NCBI RefSeq assembly: GCF_006345805.1 | Contig: NC_043009.1 | Span: 71,548,001 to 71,612,000 of the forward strand | DNA from: Octopus sinensis | Taxonomy: Eukaryota | Direction of reading: 5' to 3' | DNA: 64,000 nt | Shown: piece by piece, positions 23,310 through 36,325 of the stretch | Position numbering within the stretch: the stretch's first letter is position 1 | How the letters are laid out: every line of letters begins with the position of its first letter | Program-made: the position numbers and the translations under genes | The notes under the pieces: model-generated | Told to the model about the DNA's origin: nothing | What the model saw: only the letters and a program-made list of their open reading frames with translations | Databases searched by the model: none

Positions 23310-24680
23310 GGACTAGACAGGCAATACTAGCAACGACCTCACTCGAATCTTTTTACACGTGCCAGTGAAGCGACGTTGGTAACGACCACACCCGAATGGT
23401 GCCCTTTTACATGTCATGGGTACGGAAGCCAGTTGACTGCTCTGGCAACAATCACGCTCAGATTGGCACCCTACTAGCACATGCACATGTGCCAGTAAGG
23501 CGACGCTGGTAATGATCATACTCGAATGGTGCCCTTTTTATGTGCCACTGGCACGGAAGCCGGTTAGCTGCTCTGTCAACGATCACACTTGTATGGTGCT
23601 CTTTGCACCCCACTAGCACAGATGCTGGTCATCGAATTGATTTTGCTTTTGATTTTGATTTCACTTGCCTCAACTGGTCTTCGCAAGCAGAGTTTAGTGA
23701 CCAAAGAAGGAAAAGGTACACATAAACAGGCTGGTTACGCTCCTGGTATAGGCCACAGGTTATGGTCTCATTTGGCTCGCCGTGTCTTCCACAGGTTCCC
23801 TCAACCACTATTGTGTGACACTTTTTCACACAACAATCTTCATCCATTCTCGCCACATCACCACACCAGCGCAGTCATCTCTCTTGCACACCACATCTGA
23901 TGCTTCTTAGGTTCAACGTTTCTCTCAAGGAACTTACACACTGTCGAATATGCACACTGACATTACATATCCATCAGATCATACTGGCTTCATTCCTTGC
24001 GAGCTTACGCATATCCTCAGCAGTCGCAGCCCATGTTTCACTGCTGTGTAGCATGGCTATTCATACACATGCATCATACAGTCTACCTTTTACTCTGAAT
24101 GAGAGGCCCTTTGTCACCAGCAGAGGTAATAGCTCTGTAAACTTTGCCCAAGCTATTCTTATTCTAGCAGCTACACTTTCAGCGCACCTGCCTCTGCTAC
24201 TGACTTGGTCACCGAGGTAACGGAACCTATCAACTACTTCTAGTTTTTCTCCCTGGTGTTTATCGCTCCTGAGCATCTGCCACATACAAAAACTATCTTC
24301 CCAGTTAGTCTTCCTTTGATATTACTGCACTTCTTATGTGTCCATAGCTTGCACTGGGTACATCTTATAGAGTTTCTACCCACGTCTTTTCTACAGATTG
24401 AGCAGGGCCATTTACCTGAAGGGATTTGTGGTTTGGCTGCCTTCCTACTTATTAGGACTTTGGTTTTAGCTAGGTTGACTCTAAGGGCCTTCGATTCTAA
24501 TCCTTGTTTTCACACTTTAAACTTCTCCTCCAGTTCTGAAAGTGACTCAGCAATTAGAGCAAGGTCATCAGCATAGAGGACCTCCCAGGGGCATCCTGTC
24601 TTGAATTCCTCCATTATTGCCTGGAGGACTATGATAAATAGGAGGAGGCTGAAGACTGAACCCTAACCTCTATGTATATA
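23310..24680 (-). mobile_element. RTE LINE (PHD-containing family), 5'-truncated, 3' terminus missing
   Basis: FSLLLFIIVLQAI, CPWEVLYADDL, WPCSICRKDVGRNSIRCTQCKLWTHKKC and FRYLGDQV motifs; UTR modules at 23310-23650. Confidence 0.88.
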
Positions 24681-24695
24681 TATATATGTATGTGT

Positions 24696-25146
24696 GTATT
24701 GGTCACTGAAAAACTGAAGAGTTTGAAAAAGTCATAACTTGTTCATTTTCAATCTGTTTTCTTTTCTTTTTTTTTGCATGTTATAGAGAATCCCTTGTAG
24801 ATTAAAATGGCTGAGTATGATGTCCAGCAATGAGAAAAGCTCATTGAGTTTTTCTATTCCAATGAAAGATCAATTATCCAAACTCAGAGAAAATCCCAGA
24901 AACATTTTACTGTCGGATTTGGAACCTAATCGCCTGGTTTGAAAGAAACGGATCAGTTGGCAATGTTCGAAGAAGAGGTTCTAAGCATGCCGTGCACACT
25001 GACGCAGCACTGGAAGCTGCATGGCCGAGTTCACCTTGACGATCCATCAGCCTCAACTCATTGTTGCTTTTCTGAGTTGGGCATCGCCAGAATATTGGTT
25101 CAGAAAATTCTGAAACTGAATTTAAAAATGCTTCCATCCAAATAAA
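24696..25146 (+). pseudogene. Tc1/mariner-superfamily transposase N-terminus (DUF4817-type HTH) remnant
   Basis: From ATG 24807: MAEYDVQQ*EKLIEFFYSNERSIIQTQRK..KHF, then ETGSVGNVRRRGSK and ELGIARILVQKILKLNLKMLPSK. Confidence 0.55.
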
Positions 25147-25484
25147 ATAATAAAAAATAAAGAACCATCAGTTTGTAAAAGTTATTTTTATTTTATGTCA
25201 TTCAATCTTTCTTTCAGTGACCACCCTGTACAAATGTGTGTGTGTTTGGGACAGTCCTCTGGCTGGCCAGCTTTGATCAAACCATCCAACCCATGACACC
25301 ATGGAGAATAGTTGTTCTTCATTCTTGTAAAATGGAAAGTGTTTGTGGATCCATAGTCTCCGGGAATCACTTACTTTGGTGTTATTTGAATTTCTTCATA
25401 GGTAACCTAATTTAGGATTAGATAATGCTTAGGTATTGGTGGTGTCTTAGATATTGGGGTGGGGTTATGTGGCACACACACACA

Positions 25485-25528
<44 letters not shown>

Positions 25529-25766
25529 TGCATCAATAAACTGCATTATTCTCATTACATTTGTTAACTTCATAAAAAAGAACAACAAGGAAACTAGAGA
25601 TAAAAACAAAAAAACTAACAAGATTCTCCTCAATTTCCTTGAAATTTAAATGAGTTGAAGACCAGAAATAATAGAAACCTGACAAATGTATAAAAGAGTC
25701 AAAAGACGAATTCGGTCTGGTGATTCTGTGTTGCCAAACTATGAAGATATGAAATTTCTGACCATA

Positions 25767-26127
25767 TTATGTTTAAAAGTCTGGTGAGAAATAACCATGG
25801 CCCTAAAAACTACATTTTACTTGGCAGAATGTTGAGAAGATCTCAGATGCCATTTCTCTTGCTAAGTCTTCAAGGAAGAACAATGAAAATACTGCTTTTC
25901 CTTGTTTATATATTCTGTGGTTAGTTCTGTGCCAAGTGTACGCCTGCATCTAACATGCCTGGGATCAGAATAACCACAGAATATATAAACGAGGAAAAGC
26001 AGTATTTTCATTGTTCTTCCCTGAAGACTTGGCAAGAGAAATGGCATCTGAGATCTTCTCAACATTCTGCTAAGTAAAATGTAGTTTTTAGGGCCATGGT
26101 TATTTCTCACCAGACTTTTAAACATAA
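25767..26127. repeat. Long inverted repeat: 157-bp arms, 47-nt spacer, 4 mismatches
   Basis: 25767-25923 is the reverse complement of 25971-26127. Confidence 0.95.
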
Positions 26128-26129
26128 TC

Positions 26130-26620
26130 TCACAAGTAGTGTCAGTTACACAACTGGCACAAAAATATCAAAGGCAGAAGATACCATTACAATCTATAAT
26201 GTATTAAATTTGATGAGGATCATGAAAATAATAGGAAATTCAATGTATAGAAACTTCAGTTCTTCAAATCTAAACTGGTGTATTGGCACAGTACAAATTA
26301 TTGGACACCAAATAGTAAGATTCTTCAAATCTCTGGAATTATATGAGACACAAGAATAATTTGTGTAAAAACAATGCATCATCTAAGAGACATGCTTCAC
26401 CAAACCCTAAATACAGGAATCTCTCAGGATGGATCTTAAGAACCTTTATCACAAGAGAACCAGAAGTTAAGATGAAACAGAACCAGTCTTACACAAGAAA
26501 TTGAGGGATTGGAATATTTCAAAGTTCTGTATCTTGGCACCTTTGAAAACAACAGGAAGAGATATATTGTCATGTATGTATGAAAGATCCTGGAAGATCT
26601 TGTAAGAGATTTTTGCTTTT
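26130..26620 (+). pseudogene. Highly degenerate RT-like remnant (RTE-like?)
   Basis: SKAEDTI...MKIIGNSMYRN and LNTGISQ loosely match RT motifs 3-4. Confidence 0.3.
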
Positions 26621-27616
26621 AAGAAGACTTTAATTCACAGATTGCTGGGTACTGCCAGCTTCCGCATCTACCAAATTACCAATCGGAAACAAAAGCTTTC
26701 TATAGTAAGAATTTGATAATTGGAGGCCCTCAAGGGTTGAAGTTGTAGTTAGAAATATAGAGTTGTCAATCGTGAAATTCAAGAAAAAAGATGGATGGAT
26801 TCTTGTAAGAAGAGACAACTGTGGAAGGTTACACTTGGGGAAGAAGAAGAACAACAACAACAAACACAATTATAAATTAAACTGCAACAACTTGAAACAG
26901 AAGAAAATAAAAAAAAAAATAAGAAGAAGCAATACAACAAACTTGAATGTAGTCGAATGGTTGCAGTGCCGTAAGAGAAGAAAAAATATATTGCAAGTGT
27001 GTGTGTGTGTGTGTATAGAGTGTAGAGTGTGTGAGTGAATGTATACAAATACACATGAACATAAACACATAACTACAACTACATCTCCATATATATAAGT
27101 GCATGTGGGTGGGTACACATATATACACATCATCATCGTGGTACATATATCACGATGGGGATGTATATATAAGTACACACACACACACATACATACACAC
27201 ACTCGCACACAGGGACATGCATAAATTACACACACATGTGTACATAGACACATATACGCATATATTTCTATATATATTTGTTTATTTACGTTACTTGCAG
27301 AACATTAATGGAGGAAGCTAAATGATAAAAATCTGTTTGATTTCCGGTCTGTGGCCATTGAGAGAATGGTAAATACTCATATTTAGTAGGCCTGCCATTT
27401 TCATGGTTTTGTTGTTTTGGGTTTTCACTTTTATGTTTTTATTTTTCTCCATTCTTTTTCTTTTCCATTCCTGTTTTGACACACACACACCCCTCCCTCT
27501 CCCCTCTCTCTCTCTCTCTCTCTTTCTCTTATCCTCTCTGTGTCTCTTCCTCTCTACCACCACCCCATTTCCACATGATACCTTATGCTTAAAACGTCCT
27601 GTTTCTGGTGAAAAAT

Positions 27617-27684
<68 letters not shown>

Positions 27685-28019
27685 GAAAAACATAAAAACA
27701 ACCAATGGAAAGGTCTGGAAACAGAGACCTGCTGGTTAACTGCAATCATTAAAACGTTTTACTCTGACAATTAAAGAGAGGAAAATCTCCCAGCAAGGAA
27801 TAGAAAATGGAAAGAAGGGAAATTAAAACTATGCAGTATATATGTATGTATAGGCATTTTATGCATATGTATATGTGTATATATATATATGTATGTAAGT
27901 ATGTATGTATGTATGTATGTATGTATGTATGTATGTATGTATGTATGTATGTCCACATACACACACACACATACATACGTACACACACACGTGTGTGTAT
28001 GTGTGTGTGTGTTTGTATA

Positions 28020-29279
28020 TCAGGTCATTAAATACGAAATGTCTGATTTTCTTGTGCACCAAGTTTGACAGTCGTTAACTCTAATGTTTTATCCTGACAA
28101 TTCTTTGTTTTACAACATTGAAGAGTTGCACCATTACTTTTCAAAATGTTATTCATGGTGTCTGATTATGTTGTGAGTTTTCTCTTGCAAATCAATTTTG
28201 CAAACTCATTAATAGATCGAAAATTTATGTTGTTTATGAATGAGTTCCATCATGGAACCAATGTATTCCAGACAACTCAAAACATCAATGAGGTGTTTGG
28301 TGAAGATGTGGCGAATGAGCACACTGTACGTTGATGGTTTCAGAAGTTCCGGTCTGGTGACTTTACTCTTGAAAATCAGTCCCATGGTAGACCTGAGACC
28401 AAGGTGGATAATGATGAGCTGGAAACTGTAGTGGAAGTGGATACATCTCAGACTACGCATGAGTTAGCAGCAGGGTTTGATGTTTTGATTCCAACTGTAT
28501 TGGACCATCTGAAACAAATTGGCAAGGCAAAGAAGCTGGACAGGTGGGTACCACACGAACTAAATGAATATCAAATGACACGTCATCTTGAAACTTGCTG
28601 TTCTTTGCTGTCACGGCTTCAAAGTGAACCATTTTTGCATTGTATTGTTATGTGTGATGAAAAATGGATTCTTTTTAACAATAGCAAGCATTCCACACGA
28701 TGGTTGGGTAGAAACAAAATGCCAAGACACAATCCAGAAAAGCATATTCACTAACAAAAGCTAATGCTGTCTGTTTGGTGGTCCAGCACTAGTGTCATCC
28801 ACTGCAGCTTCATAAGACCTGGTAAGTCAATTACAGGGAATGTATACATCAACCAGTTTGGATGAAATGAAGAGTGAACAACCAAGACTGGTCAACAGAG
28901 ACAGACCAATCCTCTTACAAGACAGTGCTTGACCACATATTGCACAAAGAATGCTACTCAAGTTACAGGAACTGAACTTGGAAGTACCCTGTCATTCACC
29001 AGACCTTGTACCAACTGACTATTATGTCTTCCAGGCATTAGACAACATTTTGCAAGAAAAAAACTTCAAATCTGAAGAAGATGCAAAAATGGCCTTTCAT
29101 GATTTCATCACCTCTTGCTCTCCAGAATTCTTTGCTGCTGGCATAAATAAGCTACTGATAAAATGCCAAAATTGTGCTGATAATTTAGGTGCATACCTTG
29201 ATTAACTGCACTGCTTTTTGTTGAGATAAAGTAAGATAAACTTTCAATTCAAAATCAGACATTTCATTTTTAATGACCT

Positions 29280-29281
<2 letters not shown>
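28020..29281 (+). mobile_element. Mariner (DD34D-type) transposon fossil, full length about 1.26 kb
   Basis: TIRs TCAGGTCATTAAATACGAAATGTCTGATTTT and AAAATCAGACATTTCATTTTTAATGACCTTA with TA flanks; WVPHEL, DEKW and SPDLVPTDY motifs with stops. Confidence 0.92.
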
Positions 29282-29311
<30 letters not shown>

Positions 29312-29571
29312 TGTATGTATGTATGTATGTATGTATGTATGTATGTGTGTATGTATGTATGTATGTATGTATGTATGTATGTGTGTATGTATGTATGTAT
29401 GTATGTATGTATGCATGCATGCATGCATGCATGTATGTATGTATGCATGCATGCATGCATGCATGTATGTATGTATGTATGCATGCATGCATGCATGCAT
29501 GTATGTATGTATGTATGTATGTATGCATGCATGCATGCATGCATATATGTATGTATGTATGTATGTATGTT

Positions 29572-29602
<31 letters not shown>

Positions 29603-29612
29603 ATGCGTGTGT
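29282..29612. repeat. (TATG)n/(TGCA)n/(TG)n compound microsatellite
   Basis: Direct reading. Confidence 0.95.
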
Positions 29613-29614
29613 GT

Positions 29615-29806
29615 GTATCGCCATTTGACAACTAAATTGTGTGGATTTACATCCACACAACTTAGCGGTTTGGCAAAAGAGACCAACAGAGTAAGTGCTA
29701 GTCTTAAAAAATAAGTCCTGGGGTCGATTTGCTCTACTTGAACCCTTCAAGGTGGTGCTCCAGCATAGCCACACTCAAATGACTGAAACAAGTAAAAGAA
29801 TAAACA
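29615..29806 (+). mobile_element. SINE tail (OK/OR-like family)
   Basis: aacttagcggtttggcaaaagagacc...aaggtggtgctccagcatagccacactcaaatgactgaaacaagtaaaagaata. Confidence 0.7.
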
Positions 29807-30099
29807 AATGTGTGTGTGTGTGTGCATGTATAATAATCCTTTCTATTTATAGGCACAAGGCCTGCAATGTTGGAGGATGGGGTCAGTGCATGACATCGTT
29901 CCCCCTGTGCTCAGGTGGTACTTATTTTATTGACCCTGAAAGGATAAAAAGGTATTTAAACTCAGAATGTAAAGGCAGGAGAAATGCCACAAAGCATTTG
30001 GCCTGGATGCTGACAATTCTGCTTTATACAATATAATAATAGTCAATACAAACGCTGGCTGGTTGCTTGGTTGGTTGATGTCTCCAGTGATGCTTTACA

Positions 30100-30547
30100 T
30101 CAGGGGTCACCAAACTATGGCCCAAGAGGTCAATTCACCTGGCCCACCACTGCACAATACATTTTATGGAAGTACCCATAATGAGAGTTTATGGCATCAG
30201 TTTTGGGAACAACTTATGTCTATGAGCAAACATTTCCAAAAATGAAGAATGTGAAGTCAGCACATCGAACAAGCTTTCCAAATCAAATATCTTAAAAGCT
30301 AAACACCAGTTCCACAAATTTCACAAACCATTTTGCCTGCTTAGTTTGTGAGATTCGGATATGTGCGCACTGGGTGTGATATAGCTATCTTACTGCTAAC
30401 GCCGCCTTCTTTGATAACTTTTTGGTAAATAAATATGTTGGTTGTCTTTATTTTTTGTGTATTCACTATATTGTATTGAACAAAATTGTTATGCGGCCCA
30501 CACTTACCATTCTCTCAGTTATCTTGCCCGCAGTGAAAAAAGTTTAC
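30100..30547 (+). mobile_element. hAT/Charlie-like non-autonomous remnant
   Basis: Starts CAGGGGTCACCAAACTATGGCCC; ends ...gcggccc...gaaaaaagttt (truncated right end). Confidence 0.45.
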
Positions 30548-31667
30548 ATTATACAGAAAGAGGGAGAGAGTGAGTAAAAGAGAGAAAGAGCGAGTTAAGT
30601 TGAGAGGTGCAGGATGATTCCATAAGTTCATCTTGTGGTAAGAAGCATCTATTAAATATTATCGGTATGAAGAAGAATTCCCATTGGCAATGGTATTGGT
30701 ACTACAAAACTGCTCTTGGAATTCTTGCAATACCAAGGTTTTTACTCTTTGTAATGACAAATGGTGGACTGCAAGACATCAGGCGCTACCTACACAGAAG
30801 ACCGTAGTCAGCTGGAGTGTTGTCACAACATAAAAACAATGGATGTCCAGTAACAGCAAGCCACAATGATCAGCTAACATCACTACAGCGACTGCCATGA
30901 TACCAACAACAATATGCTTTGTTGTTTGTCTTTCATAGAAACAAGAACTTTCTTGTCTTTCATAAAAATAATAAATAAACAGAAATAAGAAATGGTAAAC
31001 AAAACTATAAATTGGACAATTATTAATTCAATTGAAATATTTTATACAAACAAATTAGGATTGTTCAATTTATTGCTTTGTTTTCCATTTCTTATTTATA
31101 TTTATATTTATATATTAATAAACTGTATGTTTATTTTATTTATTTATTTACCTATTGGAATAACATTCTTGTTGATATAGGTAATAAAAACCAGTAAATT
31201 CTTTGGATAGTTAGTATCCCTAAGGTGGTTTTTTTACACCTTGCTAAATTGTTATCTTTTAAAAATGATATATTTTTATAAGAGATCTCAAACAGATATC
31301 AGTGCCCCTTTTATTGTAACATCTCATGGAGAATCTCCTACAATGACATATTTTTGGACAAGTCTTCTATGTCCCACTTTGTACAGTGTAGCTGCGAAAC
31401 TGTTTTGTATATTTCTAGTCTACCTCAGCAAGACTTGAACCCAGAACGTATAGAACCACAACTTCACACAAGTCCTGCTGAGGTTGACTAGAATTCATAT
31501 TCCGTTCAGGGAATGACATTAAATGCGCTGTTTCTAAATGTTAGATTCATCAAAAGCAAAGTCATATTAAGTACCAGTGATGCATGTGGGTTGATGCCAA
31601 TAACTCTTCTCTGTCGACAAAATTTCTGACCTTGGGCCAATGTAATTTCAAGAATATGAAATTATCA

Positions 31668-31698
<31 letters not shown>

Positions 31699-31939
31699 GG
31701 TGGTGGTGGTGGTGGTGGTGGTGGTGGTGGCAGTAGTAGTTATTGTGTTGGTTGTTGGTGGTGCTAGAGGTGGTATGGTGGTAGTAGTAGTAGTAGTAGT
31801 AGTTGTGGGTGTGGTGGTGGTGGTGATAGTTTTATCCTGTTTCCTCACAAACATTCTCTTTACCTTCTTCTTGTCTTATCACAAAAGTAAACAAAAAATC
31901 ATTATAGGCTGTTTTGGGCCTTTACATGGTTATGTACGC

Positions 31940-32038
<99 letters not shown>

Positions 32039-32552
32039 TATATATACATAAACGGAGACACACAGACACACATGCCCTCATGTGTATATGCACCTTTGAT
32101 ACATTTCAGCTGGTTGAGGAAGCAGCTGACTTCATAACCATGCGTACGTGCACACACACGATCACTATTACTACACAGATCCACACTTGCATACTCACAC
32201 AAACACATGTACATGTATACACATATATAAAATCCCGCACATGCAAATGAATTTAAACTTATTACCTGAGCACACACACACACACACACACACACAATCG
32301 GTCTGTATCATTAGGAGAGCAGTTTACAGGAAGTATAGTAAAAACTATCTTAAATCCCCAATCCATAGATCTGACAAAATGCTGCAATTTATAGTGCAGC
32401 AGTGCAACTATGCACCAATTTAAGAGCAGCTGTCCAACAAAAACTTACTGATATTGTCTCTTTTTATCTCTCCTTCTTCCTCTCTTTCGTTCAATATATC
32501 TATATCTATATCTATCTATCTATATGTATATATATACATATATATATATATA

Positions 32553-33269
32553 TCATCATCATCATCATCATCATCATTTAACGTCCGCTTTCCATGCTAG
32601 CATGGGTTGGACGGTTCAACTGGGGTCTGGGGAGCCCGAAAGCTGCACCAGTCCAGTCAGATCTGGCAGTGTTTCTACAGCTGGATGCCCTTCCTAACGC
32701 CAACCACTCCAAGAGTGTAGTGGGTGATTTTATGTGCCACCGACACAGGTGCCAGATGAGGCTGGCAAACGGCCACGCTCGGATGGTGTTTTTTATGTGC
32801 CACCGACACAGGTGCCAGACGAGGCTGGCAGACGGCCACGCTCGGATGGTGTTTTTATGTGCCACCGACACAGGTGCCAGATGAGGCTGGCAAACGGCCA
32901 CGATCGGATGGTGCTTGTTACGTGCCCACAGCACGGAGGCCAGTCGATGCGGTACTGGCTACGGCCACGTTCGGATGGTTTTCTTGTGTGCCACGTGCCA
33001 CCGGCACTGGTACCACAAGGATACAAATTCCATTGATGTTCATCTATTTTGATTTGTTTTGATTTGATTTTCACTTGCCTCAACAGGTCTTCACAAGTGT
33101 CACAAGAAGGAAGGTATGCACAGGTGGACTGACTACGTCCCAGGTAGGGGCCATGGGTTATGGCCTGACTAGTCTTGCCGGGTCTTCGGATGGTGTTTTT
33201 ATGTGCCACCGACACAGGTGCTAGATGAGGCTGGCGAACGGCCATGATCGGATGGTGTTTGTTACGTGC

Positions 33270-33271
<2 letters not shown>
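32553..33271 (-). mobile_element. RTE 3' UTR-only copy (62-63-bp module subfamily)
   Basis: (ATC)n plus terminus; gccaccgacac at 32736, 32799 and 32861; (AT)n on both sides; same subfamily as 62745-64000. Confidence 0.85.
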
Positions 33272-33336
<65 letters not shown>

Positions 33337-33610
33337 TCGATATATATACATACATACACACACACACATATATATGCTGAATGAGATATATATATGTTAT
33401 ATATATACATGTATGTATGTATGTATGTATGTATGTATATATATATATATATATATGTATACATATATATATACACGTATATATTTATAAATATATATAT
33501 GCATGTATGTATATATATATATACGTAGATATATATATATCACACATATATATACACACACATATACATATACTTATAAATATAAATATATAAATAAATA
33601 TATATATATA

Positions 33611-33665
33611 ACCCATGCTAGCATGGAAAACAGACGTTAAACGATGATGATGATGATGATGATGA
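33611..33665 (+). mobile_element. Minimal RTE 3' tip (about 30 bp plus (GAT)n) inside (TA)n
   Basis: acccatgctagcatggaaaacagacgttaaacgatgatg; a similar tip lies at about 43125-43153. Confidence 0.75.
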
Positions 33666-34964
33666 TATATATATATGTCTGTGTGTGTATATGTATGTAA
33701 GTATTATGTATGTATCTATGTGTGTGTATATGTATGCGTATATGTATGTATGTATGTCTGTATGTATGTATGTGTATGTATGTATATGTATGTGTATATG
33801 TATGTATGTATGTAAGCATGTATGCATGTATGTATGCACGTATGTATGTATGTATGTATGCATGTATGTATGCACGTATGCACGTATGTATGCATGTATG
33901 TATGCGTGTGTATGCATTACTGTTTCCCTCTGCAGAAAGTGGAAGGTCACATTGTCGCAGCTGGTTTCCATTTTGCTATTTTCATACACTTCTCTCACAT
34001 TCGGTGCATATTTCTGCATTTATATATACATGTGTAAGTACGTGTGTATGTATGTATATATGCATGTATGTGTGCATGTATGTATGTATGATGTATGTGT
34101 GTGTGTGTGTTTATATATGTTTGTATATTTGTATATGTATGCATGTGTGTATATTTATCTATGCCTGTTTGCATCCATTTCTATAAGTATGTTTGTATGT
34201 TTTTCTTTGCATTTTAAATTCTTAAGTTGGTCACTAAACAAAGTGACAAGATTTTTGTGTGTAAGACTTTTTCCCGGTCTTTGTAAGTTTGTGATGGGGT
34301 TGTTGTGTTGGTTGAGCTGTTGATGCGTACACCTCGGTATGAGCATGTATACATTATATTTCCTCAGACAGATTCCCTCACATCTCCCTCAATACTGCTC
34401 AGATGTTATTTTTAATCAAAACATTTTCCTGCTAAAGTCTCTGCTAACTCGACTTGAAAATTTTCTCTCTGTCTTTATTAAAGATTGGCTCAAGAAAACC
34501 TCTTCTGATCTGTTGTAAGATTTTTAACCTGTAATTATGAAATCCTGCAAGTTTGAATCACCTGATGCCAAGTTTATTTAATTGGAATTATTAAGAAACT
34601 CAAAGAAGAATCAAGTGAAGTCTTCCCTTCGTAACCACAAGTAAATATCATTAGTTGAAACAACAACAAAAGGATCGTGAGTGGCTGAGTACACCTAAGC
34701 CGTTAATGAATCCACCTTATAAGGTGTTTATCCAGTAACCAACTTAGATGAATGCAGAATACTTCCTAAAAGATATTTACTGCTTTCGACTTTTACAGCA
34801 AGAATTACTGCATTGTGCTACACTCTTATGATACGATATTTACCAATTCCAAGATCGACAATTAATTATTTTTATCCAAACATCATAATTTCAGTTCTAT
34901 ATTTAAGAGATGAGGAATTATGTGCATTATTTACATTTGACAGATATTTGTCCTCATCTTGCAT

Positions 34965-35057
34965 TGGCATAGTGGTTAAGAGCACGGGCTACTAACCCCA
35001 AGATTCCGAGTTCGATTCCAGGCAGTGACTTGAATAATACTAATAATAATAATAATA
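34965..35057 (+). mobile_element. Very short tRNA-derived SINE with (AAT)n tail
   Basis: A-box TGGCATAGTGG, B-box GAGTTCGATTCC, no acceptor stem, (AAT)n tail. Confidence 0.6.
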
Positions 35058-35059
35058 AC

Positions 35060-36325
35060 ATCAAAAAAATTTCACACATGCCATTGTTTGTTTTTGATTT
35101 TGTCAACTACACAGTATAGTAGGGTCAGTTGGGTACCCTCCATGAGAAAAACAGTACCATGACACAATTCATTCTGCCAGAAATTTTGAAATGACATGCT
35201 GTGCTGCTTGGCATTCTTACCAGAAGCTTCAATACAAACATTTGAGTGTTTGGGTGTCAACCTGAGGTAAGTGCAGAAGATTTGAAAAGAGTTGGATGGG
35301 TCTAATGGTGATTACAAAAGTACTACAGCTTGAAAACTCACTCTGACCATTCTGATATGAAAAGAAGTTCTGAAATTCTTGGAGAGATCCAGGCCATGAT
35401 TGACATCAATCCCACCAAGTCAATCAAGCCGTTGCCAGGGTCATGGGAGGGTCTGAGTTTCTTATCAGGCAGGTATTGCATGAAGGCATTCAGTATTCCT
35501 CATGCAAGATGAGAAAGGGCCAATTTTTATCTCAAGCCATCAAAGGACAAGATGGCATTACAAGGCTTTAGAACCAACTCAAGCATCCCCTTCAACCGAA
35601 AATGCTTTGGTTTTTCTGAGATGAGAAAAATTTCTGCCAGGATCAAATGAACACACAGAACAACCATTGGCTTGCCATGTTCCCAAAAACATGTACCAAG
35701 AGAGATAAAAATCAAAAACATCCAGTCAACATTATGGTGTTGGAGTGATCACAAGTGATGGTGATGTTATGCCTCCATTCACTTTCCCACATGGCCTCAG
35801 ACTCAACATGGAGACCTACATCAAGTGCCTGGATGAGGTAGTGCTGTTCTGGGTCAAGAAGGCAGCTACTGGAAGACTCTATATTTGGCAACAGGACTCT
35901 GCACCATGGCATATAAGCAGGAGAACCCAGTCATGACTATCAGACAATTTCTACGACCACATCACCCCTAACATCTGGCCACCTAGCTCCTCAGATTGCA
36001 ACCCCCTTGATTATTATGTGTGGGGGTGTAGTTGAGTGAGAGACCAACAAAACTCCCCGTAACACCAAAGATGAACTGAAGGCAAGGATTATGGCAGTAT
36101 TGACCAACTTCAATAAGGAGACCATCCAAAAGAGTTGCAGGAGATTCTGAAGTCGTCTGGCTGCTGTGGTTGAAGACAATGGCAGTTTTATTGAGTAAAT
36201 TGACTCTTCAGGATTTCAAGATATTTTTATGCAATTTTGGTAAATATATCTTTTAAAATGAGATGTCAGTGTTATTTTGATTTTTGCGTAATCTAGACGA
36301 CAATATATCCACAGCACCCTCTGTG
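35060..36325 (+). mobile_element. maT-family (DD37D) Tc1/mariner transposon fossil
   Basis: F(S)DEKNF, QQDSAP and WPPSSSDCNPLDY motifs; 37 residues between the second and third Asp; right TIR ...gacgacaatatatccacagcaccct. Confidence 0.85.

Noticed and set aside
34965-35032. tRNA gene
   Set aside because: A and B boxes are present, but there is no acceptor stem or canonical anticodon arm; it ends in (AAT)n like a SINE.
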